Shown here piece by piece: positions 1 to 6,342 of a DNA stretch of 64,000 nucleotides. The translations under genes and the position numbers were made by a program. Within the stretch, counting starts at the first letter, position 1. Each line of letters starts with the position of its first letter. The notes beneath the pieces are model-generated. The model had not been told where the DNA came from, ran no database searches, and saw only the letters and a program-made list of their open reading frames with translations. The stretch comes from Chloroflexota bacterium (GTDB lineage: Bacteria; Chloroflexota; Dehalococcoidia; Bin125). The DNA is taken from assembly GCA_028874365.1 (NCBI GenBank), contig JAPPJZ010000018.1, positions 80,435 to 144,434 of the forward strand, read 5' to 3'.

Positions 1-190
1 GCTGGTCTTCTTCGATACGCAGCTCGAGCCGTTGTTGGACGACCTGGACGATCGCCAGCTTCGGCGAGCGCTGGGTCGGACCTGGCGTAAGATGTCGCCC
101 AGCGGTCAGGCCGCTGCGCGTGATCTGGACCTGTCCGAGCGCGCCATCGAAACGCTGACGCGGCTGGTCGACGGATTCGCGGATGAATGA
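1..190 (+). CDS. C-terminal fragment of a hypothetical protein; the 5' end lies outside the window
   Basis: Open frame from the window edge ending ...TRLVDGFADE with TGA at 188-190. Sequence is protein-like. Its stop overlaps the start of the next gene. Confidence 0.35.
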   Translation, partial: LVFFDTQLEPLLDDLDDRQLRRALGRTWRKMSPSGQAAARDLDLSERAIETLTRLVDGFADE

Positions 191-992
191 CTTATCCAGA
201 GAGCGCTATACGCACGGTCACCATGAGTCGGTGGTGCAGTCGCACGCGCGCCGCCGGGCCGAAGTCGAAGCGTGGTTCCTGTTGCCACGGCTGAGGGCGG
301 GGATGCGGCTGCTCGATGCCGGTTGCGGTCCCGGAACGGTCACGGCCGGTCTGGCTCGGGCGGTCTCGCCGGGTGAGGTGATCGGTCTCGACGCAGCGCC
401 CGGGGTCCTGGAGCACGCGCGGGCTCACGCGTCGGCGGAGGCGGTGGACAACGTGACGTTTGTGGCCGGTGACGTGTACCGGCTCGACTTCGCCGATGCC
501 GAGTTCGACGTCGCATATGCGAACCAGCTCCTGCAGCATCTGACTGATCCCGTGCGGGCGATTGCCGAGATGCGGCGTGTGCTGAAACCGGGTGGACTGC
601 TGGCCGTGCGGGATGCGGACTACGCGACAATGTCGCCGCACCCGAAGTTTCCTGAATTCAGCGACTGGAACCGGTTGTATCACCGCGTCGCATATCGCAA
701 CGACGCAGAGCCGGATGCGGGTCGCACATTGCCGGCCTGGGTTCGCTCGGCTGGATTCGAGGAAGTTGAGATTCACCCGAATGTCGTCGCGATGGAGGGC
801 GAAGAGGCGCGAATCTGGGGCCGGACGTGGTCGCAGCGGATTTTGTACAGCGGGATCGCTGATCAGGCGCTGGAGTACGGATTTGCCGATCGAGCGGAAC
901 TGGAGAGACTTTCGAAAGGTTGGGCGAGTTGGGCCGACTCGGACGACCCATTTTTCATCTTCACGCAGATTGCGGTGCTGGCAACCCGTTAG
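183..992 (+). CDS. class I SAM-dependent methyltransferase (UbiE/COQ5-like)
   Basis: 269 aa ORF with motif I LLDAGCGPG, then VAGD and LKPGGLL motifs typical of the Rossmann-fold MTase family. Confidence 0.8.
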   Translation: MNDLSRERYTHGHHESVVQSHARRRAEVEAWFLLPRLRAGMRLLDAGCGPGTVTAGLARAVSPGEVIGLDAAPGVLEHARAHASAEAVDNVTFVAGDVYRLDFADAEFDVAYANQLLQHLTDPVRAIAEMRRVLKPGGLLAVRDADYATMSPHPKFPEFSDWNRLYHRVAYRNDAEPDAGRTLPAWVRSAGFEEVEIHPNVVAMEGEEARIWGRTWSQRILYSGIADQALEYGFADRAELERLSKGWASWADSDDPFFIFTQIAVLATR

Positions 993-1231
993 TCGGCGAC
1001 CTCGGCCTGTCCCGCAGCTCGTTCCCGGCGCTTCGCGCGAATCGCTTCAAGCGTGTAACCGCGAACCAGCTCAATCGAAGACTGGCCAGTCGCACGCTCT
1101 TCATTGCTGATCTCCCGAAACTCGTCTCGGTCGAAGCGCACCTGCATGACGATGCCTGGATTCTCGGCAACGTGTACTTCAATCGGTTCGTCCTCAAAGT
1201 CCTCGTCAGGGAAACGCGGGTCGTGGGTCAT
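989..1231 (-). CDS. BrnA-like antitoxin (putative RHH-type) of a BrnT/BrnA toxin-antitoxin pair
   Basis: Small ORF immediately downstream of the BrnT-like gene with an ATGA start/stop overlap. Segment VMQVRFDRDEFREI resembles a ribbon-helix-helix. Confidence 0.45.
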   Translation of the reverse strand: MTHDPRFPDEDFEDEPIEVHVAENPGIVMQVRFDRDEFREISNEERATGQSSIELVRGYTLEAIRAKRRERAAGQAEVAD

Positions 1232-1551
1232 GGTCGGTTTCGTCTTCCTCCAGGTCGATGGTAGCGGGTGTAATCGGCGGTCGATGACCGCCAACCGGTG
1301 ACAATGTGTCCAATCCGATCCTCGTCAGGACCTTCGACGACGACAGTCAGCAGCTCGCCACGGTTGTTCTTGCCCACCATTCTCCACCGCGGACGAAGTC
1401 TGCGCCGAATGCGCCGCCGCTTCCCTCTGTTGGGAAAGAACTTGGGTGAACCTTCGAACACTTCGATCGCGTCAGCTATACGCAACCCGTGGCCGCCGAG
1501 TTCCTCGATGGTGGCTTCGTTGAAGGTCAAAGCCAAGAAGAACGGAGGCAT
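1228..1551 (-). CDS. BrnT-like toxin (DUF497 family ribonuclease toxin)
   Basis: TFNEATIEELGGHGLRIADAIEVFEG ... GELLTVVVEGPDEDRIGHIVTGWRSSTADYTRY matches the BrnT/DUF497 pattern (FEWDEAK..HGVSFEEA..VF ... RIISARKAT..ER..Y). Start taken at the internal Met. Confidence 0.55.
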   Translation of the reverse strand: MPPFFLALTFNEATIEELGGHGLRIADAIEVFEGSPKFFPNRGKRRRIRRRLRPRWRMVGKNNRGELLTVVVEGPDEDRIGHIVTGWRSSTADYTRYHRPGGRRNRP

Positions 1552-1562
1552 CGGCGCTGCGG

Positions 1563-1943
1563 CTACTTGTCGAACACCACCTCGATCAGCGGCGAACCGT
1601 CGACCCATTCCTGGACGTTGTCTTCGTTGATGTACTCGCTCAGCTTCTTGGCAGAGAGGAAGACTGAACGCTTCTCGGCCGGGTCGGTGACGGCGCGGGC
1701 GGCACCATCGAGGTCGGCCTCGGTGGATTGCTTCAGGTGGAACGTAATGGCGGGATTGGCGAGCACGTTGGCGTACCACGAGCGCGGGCCGGGGCGGCCG
1801 GTGATGTAGTAGCGGTCGTCGACGTTGTGGAACCAGATCTCGATTCGCTTCGGCTCACCGCTGCTTCGGCCGGTGGTGGTGATGTCGATGACGAGATCGT
1901 TGGCCAGCGCCTCGGCGACGGCGGGATCGGATGTTGATGTCAC
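1563..1943 (-). CDS. deazaflavin (F420)-dependent nitroreductase family protein (DDN/PPOX-like)
   Basis: GRSSGEPKRIEIWFHNVDDRYYITG...WYANVLANP is characteristic of the DDN family. Probable GTG start overlaps the ogt stop (GTGA). Confidence 0.6.
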   Translation of the reverse strand: MTSTSDPAVAEALANDLVIDITTTGRSSGEPKRIEIWFHNVDDRYYITGRPGPRSWYANVLANPAITFHLKQSTEADLDGAARAVTDPAEKRSVFLSAKKLSEYINEDNVQEWVDGSPLIEVVFDK

Positions 1944-2458
1944 TGGTCGTGTCCGTTCTTGGTGATCTGCAGGTGTCTGCGTTCGTGCTCGAGGAACCAT
2001 TCCTTGCGGTCGAGGCCGCCGCCGTAGCCGCCGAGGCCGCCGTCGGAGCGGACGATCCGGTGGCAGGGTACGGCGATCCCGAGCGGATTGCGCCCGGTCG
2101 CGGTCCCGACAGCGCGGTAGGCAGCCGGCTTACCGACTGCCTGGGCAATCTCCTGATAGGACGCCGTCTGGCCGGCCGGCACTTCACGAATTGCCTGCCA
2201 GACGGCTCGCTGGAAGTCGGTGCCCTCGGGATCGATATCGATCTGTTCGATTGCCTCCACGTCGCCCTCGAAGTATCCGGCGACTGCGTCGCGGACGAAC
2301 TCGGCCTCGCTCGACAACTCTTCCGCCGCCTCGTCGGTATCCGGTGACAACACCGGTCGCGCCCACGTCTCGACGAAGCCGGCCTCGTGCAGCGCTCCGT
2401 CGCGAATGGCGAGGTACATCGTGCCGAGCGGTGTGTCGATCCAGCAGTGTTCATCCAT
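1940..2458 (-). CDS. ogt: methylated-DNA--protein-cysteine methyltransferase
   Basis: Active-site PCHRIV motif, YQEIA, NPLGIAVPCHRIVRSDG. Start at the internal Met (MDEHCWIDTPLG) is likely; the ORF extends to 2482. Confidence 0.8.
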   Translation of the reverse strand: MDEHCWIDTPLGTMYLAIRDGALHEAGFVETWARPVLSPDTDEAAEELSSEAEFVRDAVAGYFEGDVEAIEQIDIDPEGTDFQRAVWQAIREVPAGQTASYQEIAQAVGKPAAYRAVGTATGRNPLGIAVPCHRIVRSDGGLGGYGGGLDRKEWFLEHERRHLQITKNGHDQ

Positions 2459-2596
2459 CGCTGCTCTCCTGCTCACGTGCATCAGTCTTGTGCATCAGTG
2501 TCAGGCTATGGCCGGCGGCGGTAGAACGCAAGTACTATTCATGGCTCGCGTCGACTGGGCGATAGGCTGCCATTGAGATTGGAGCGTCGAGGGAGC

Positions 2597-3700
2597 ATGT
2601 CCGATCGCGACAACCGAGCCATTCGCCTGACCGATCTGGCGCGTTGCGGCGGTTGAGGATCGAAGTTTGGCCCCGAGGGGCTGGCTCACGTGCTGAGTCA
2701 TCTCGGTCCGCAGTTCCCGCCCGCCGAGCACCCGGAGTTGCTGGTTGGTCTGGCGCGCCCCGACGACGCCGCGGTGTACGCGATCGACGACGAGCGCGCG
2801 CTGGTGCAGACGCTCGATTTCTTCGCTCCGCTGGTTGACGACCCGTATCAGTTCGGCGCGATTGCCGCGGCGAATGCGATGTCCGACGTCTATGCGATGG
2901 GCGGGCGCGTGCTATTCGCGCTCAATATTGCTGCGTTTCCCGAGGACCTGCCGCCCGACGTGATCGCGGATGTGCTGCGCGGAGGGGCCGACAAGGTACG
3001 CGAGGCGGGCGCCGTCGTCGCCGGCGGACACACGATTATCGACGAAGAACCGAAGTACGGTCTCGCTGTGACCGGAGAGGTTCCCCGCGACCTGATCCGC
3101 ACGACCGGGGGAGCGCAGCCGGGCGACACGATCATCCTGACGAAGGAGATTGGCACCGGAGTGCTGATCGGCGCGAACCAGCAGGGGGCGGTTTCGGAGG
3201 AGCACTGGGACGCGGCGATCTCGCAGATGATGACGCTCAATCGCGACGCGGCGGAGGTGTCGTCCCAGGGGGACCTCGCCGCCGGGGTGCATGCGATTGC
3301 GGACGTGACGGGCTTCGGGCTCGCCGGACACCTGCACGAGATGGCAGAGCTGAGCGATGCGGCGATCGAGATCGACCTGGGCGCGGCGCCGGCGCTGGGC
3401 GGCCTCTCGGAGGCCGTCGCTGCGGGATTCGGCAGCGGCGGCCAGGGTCGGAACCGCGAGTACTACGGCGCTCGCCTGACTGTCGTTGGCGGCCGGGAAC
3501 TGACGGCGTTCGAGGAGGCGCTGCTGTACGACCCTCAGACGTCGGGCGGGTTGCTGATTTCGGCGGGGATCATCGAGGCACCGCACCTGATTCACGACCT
3601 GCAAGAGCGTGGCGTCGGGGCGACGCCGATCGCGCGGGTGACGGAGGCGGCCGAGGGTGGCCAGCTCGTCGTCAAGCCGACTCACACGCCGCGGGTTTAA
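2597..3700 (+). CDS. selD: selenide, water dikinase SelD (selenophosphate synthetase) with in-frame TGA (Sec) at 2654-2656
   Basis: Translation from ATG 2597 (GGAGG Shine-Dalgarno upstream) gives MSDRDNRAIRLTDLARCGG-U-GSKFGPEGLAHVLSHL. This aligns with E. coli SelD [25 protein letters not shown], with U at the Cys17 position and the Lys conserved. Downstream PurM-like domains are in the same frame as the 2690 ORF. Confidence 0.8.
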
Positions 3701-3716
3701 GGTGCGTCGGTGCGCG

Positions 3717-3760
3717 GGCCCTCACCCTAGCCCTCTCCCTCGGGGAGAGGGGATCGGAAA
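3717..3760. repeat. GC-rich palindromic intergenic repeat, family 1 copy A
   Basis: gggccctcaccctagCCCTCTCCCtcgGGGAGAGGGgatcgg; perfect 9-bp inverted repeat between selD and lhgO. Confidence 0.5.
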
Positions 3761-3768
3761 GGCGCTTC

Positions 3769-4989
3769 GTGTCCACCCATGATGCCGACGTTGCCGTCAT
3801 TGGGGCGGGGATCCTGGGGCTTTCGACTGCGATGGCGCTGGCGACGAAGCACGCGGGGTTGCGGGTGGTCTCGTTGGAGCAGGAGTCGGGCGTTGGGCGG
3901 CACCAGAGCGGGAACAACTCGGGTGTGATTCACTCGGGGCTGTACTATCGGCCGGGCTCGGCCAAGGCTCGGATGGCGGTTGCCGGGGCGGAGCGGATGT
4001 ACGCCTTCTGCGCGGAGCACGGGATCGGCGCGGAGCGATGCGGCAAGGTGGTGGTCGCGACGCACGAGTCGGAGCTCGAGCGGATGCGGGAGTTACAGCG
4101 TCGCGGCGACGCCAACGGCGTGCCCGATATCCGAGAACTCGGTGCGGACGAGCTGCGCGAGTTCGAGCCCAATGCGGCGGGCGTGGGTGCGTTGCACATT
4201 CCCTCGACCGGCATCGCCGACTATCAGGCGGTCTGCGAGAAGTACCGCGAGCTGTTGGAGTCGGCCGGCGGATCGGTGCGGCTGCGCTCGCGGGTTTCGG
4301 GCGTGCGCGTCGAGTCGGACGGTGTCGAACTGGCCACGACAACGGGCGTTGTGCGGGCGAAGTATGCGGTCAACTGTGCGGGACTCCAGGCCGATCGGAT
4401 TGCGCGGCGGGCGGGGGCGTCGGAGGCTCGCGACCTGCGGATCGTGCCGTTTCGCGGCGAGTACTACGACCTGGTGCCGTCGGCGCGGGGGATGCTCAGG
4501 AACCTGATCTATCCGGTGCCGGACCCGGCGTTTCCGTTCCTGGGCGTGCATTTCACGCGGCGGCTGGATGGGTCGGTCGAGGCGGGGCCGAACGCGGTGC
4601 TGGCGCTCAAACGCGAGGGCTACCGCTGGCGCGACATCGCGGTGCGCGACGCGGCCGAGTCGCTGTCCTGGCCCGGCTTCCTGCGGCTTGCTCGGGACCA
4701 CTGGCAGACCGGCCTGGGCGAGGTCTGGCGGAGCGCGAACAAGTCGGCGTTTGTCAAGGCGCTGCAGCGGCTGATGCCCGGCCTCGAAGCGGACCAGCTC
4801 GTGCGGGGCGGTGCGGGGGTGCGGGCGCAGGCGTTGCGGCGCGACGGGAGCCTGGCCGACGATTTTGAGATCGCGCGGCAGGATCGGTTGATTCACATCC
4901 TGAATGCGCCCAGTCCTGGGGCGACGGCGTCATTGTTGATCGGTGAGGAGATCGCGTCGACGGCGGAGTCGGCGTGGTTGGGCGGTTGA
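3769..4989 (+). CDS. lhgO: L-2-hydroxyglutarate oxidase / FAD-dependent oxidoreductase
   Basis: N-terminal FAD motif VAVIGAGILGLSTA and LhgO-family similarity along the full length. Confidence 0.7.
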   Translation: MSTHDADVAVIGAGILGLSTAMALATKHAGLRVVSLEQESGVGRHQSGNNSGVIHSGLYYRPGSAKARMAVAGAERMYAFCAEHGIGAERCGKVVVATHESELERMRELQRRGDANGVPDIRELGADELREFEPNAAGVGALHIPSTGIADYQAVCEKYRELLESAGGSVRLRSRVSGVRVESDGVELATTTGVVRAKYAVNCAGLQADRIARRAGASEARDLRIVPFRGEYYDLVPSARGMLRNLIYPVPDPAFPFLGVHFTRRLDGSVEAGPNAVLALKREGYRWRDIAVRDAAESLSWPGFLRLARDHWQTGLGEVWRSANKSAFVKALQRLMPGLEADQLVRGGAGVRAQALRRDGSLADDFEIARQDRLIHILNAPSPGATASLLIGEEIASTAESAWLGG

Positions 4990-5000
4990 GGGAGCGGGGG

Positions 5001-5036
5001 ACCCTCACCCCGGCCCTCTCCCAGGGGGAGAGGGGG
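5001..5036. repeat. GC-rich palindromic intergenic repeat, family 1 copy B
   Basis: accctcaccccggCCCTCTCCCaggGGGAGAGGGg; nearly identical to copy A. Lies at the left edge of the low-GC island. Confidence 0.5.
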
Positions 5037-5044
5037 TAGGAGGG

Positions 5045-5174
5045 AGATGGCGTGGTCGTGGAGCTCGCGGACGAGGGTGTCGAGTGCCTTGACGCAGAGA
5101 TAGGCGGAGCCGTCGCCGAAGCCCTGTCGCACGAGGCGGTCGATCCTGGCTCGGAAGTGGAATGGGTTGGGCAT
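5045..5174 (-). pseudogene. possible truncated 5' gene fragment abutting the repeat
   Basis: Minus-strand reading MPNPFHFRARIDRLVRQGFGDGSAYLCVKALDTLVRELHDHA runs from an ATG at about 5174 straight into repeat copy B without a plausible full-length continuation. Confidence 0.2.
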
Positions 5175-5417
5175 GGTTTGGAGCTTTTGGGTATCAGTAC
5201 GTTTGTTCTTATCGTCGCGGCTCTTGGGTGGGGTGGGGAGGTGGATGGCGGTCGTGGTGTCGGGGTTGACGGTGGTGATTCGGTTCGTTCGGAACCCTCT
5301 CATCTCCTTACCGGAGTTCAACCTACTCCGTTCTGGCGCGAAGGGAGTTTGGTACCACGTGATAGACTGCGGTGCTGTCCCCGCTGCGACCAATGACTCG
5401 AGAGCGATGGAAATGCG

Positions 5418-6338
5418 ATGACCTATCAGCCACCACCAGATCCATCGGCGAAACCTCCCTTTTTCCACGTCGGCATTGGGGAACGTTACAGGGTTGCGGA
5501 GAATCATCGCGTACGACATATTGGGAAGCTAGATTTGACATATGAGGAACTCGAGCGCCAGTTCTTGATACCGTATCAGCGTCGTGAAAACATCTTGATT
5601 CACGGCATTACCCTTGGATTCGATAAGATTAGGCAGATCGTAATATCGCAATCGGACGAATCAGCTGGACTGATCAGGATGCGATTGGAGATCCGGGCAA
5701 AGGAACGGGCCAAAAGGAGTGGGAACAAACCGTCAACAGTGAATTCATGGGATATAGCTAGAAATGCTACCGTGATAACCGACGAGATCTTGGGAAGAGT
5801 TGCACCGGCGGTCTCTCAGCAGGATAGAACACCGATGAACACCCCTGATCCCCGCAGAGTGTTCGTAGTTTCCGGGCGTGACTCAAACAATCACGAAGCG
5901 ATGTTTACATTCCTACAGTCTCTCGATCTGAATCCTATCGAGTTTCGAGTTGCACGGAGAATGACCGGCCGACCCTCACCGTACATTGGCGAGATTCTTG
6001 ACGTAGCCTTTTCCGAAGCACAAGCCATTATAGTACTGATGACCCCCGATGATGAGGCGAGACTGCTCCCGCAGCACGAGACGGATTTGAGCGGGCAAGC
6101 AAGACCTAATGTGTTGTTCGAAGCGGGAATGGCAATGGGGCGGGATCCGGATCGGACCGTCCTCGTCGAGATAGGAAAGTTACGGCCATTCAGCGATATC
6201 AGCGGGTTGCATATCCTACGATTCGATGACAGTTCTCAGGTGAGACAAGAACTGGCCCAACGACTAGAGGATGCGGGGTGCCAAGTTGACGTAGAGGGTA
6301 CTCACTGGCACACCGCAGGCAACTTCGACATTCCTTGA
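5418..6338 (+). CDS. TIR-like domain protein: unknown N-terminal domain fused to a C-terminal TIR-like (CAP12/PCTIR-type) nucleotide-binding domain
   Basis: C-terminal RRVFVVSGRDSNNHEAMFTFLQSLDLNPIEF...AFSEAQAIIVLMTPDDEAR...NVLFEAGMAMG matches the TIR-like family (VFVVHGRD...A..L...LGL.P...FAIVLLTPDD...NV.FE.G). Local GC is about 50% against about 67% in the flanks. Confidence 0.55.
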   Translation: MTYQPPPDPSAKPPFFHVGIGERYRVAENHRVRHIGKLDLTYEELERQFLIPYQRRENILIHGITLGFDKIRQIVISQSDESAGLIRMRLEIRAKERAKRSGNKPSTVNSWDIARNATVITDEILGRVAPAVSQQDRTPMNTPDPRRVFVVSGRDSNNHEAMFTFLQSLDLNPIEFRVARRMTGRPSPYIGEILDVAFSEAQAIIVLMTPDDEARLLPQHETDLSGQARPNVLFEAGMAMGRDPDRTVLVEIGKLRPFSDISGLHILRFDDSSQVRQELAQRLEDAGCQVDVEGTHWHTAGNFDIP

Positions 6339-6342
6339 TTTG

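Noticed and set aside
340-630. Numerous Arg/Pro/Ala-rich ORFs in alternate frames or on the antisense strand of real genes (for example 340..630, 3797..4342, 4093..4896, 9678..10358, 16153..17091, 17674..18633, 27924..29063, 30296..32089)
   Set aside because: These are the typical open-frame artefacts of about 67% GC DNA. They overlap well-supported genes and have low-complexity composition.
2667-2684. GCCCCGAGGGGC inverted repeat after the selD TGA as a definitive SECIS
   Set aside because: The simplest fold leaves only a 2-4 nt loop. It is plausible as part of a larger SECIS but cannot be asserted without folding or covariance analysis. It is mentioned only as a candidate.
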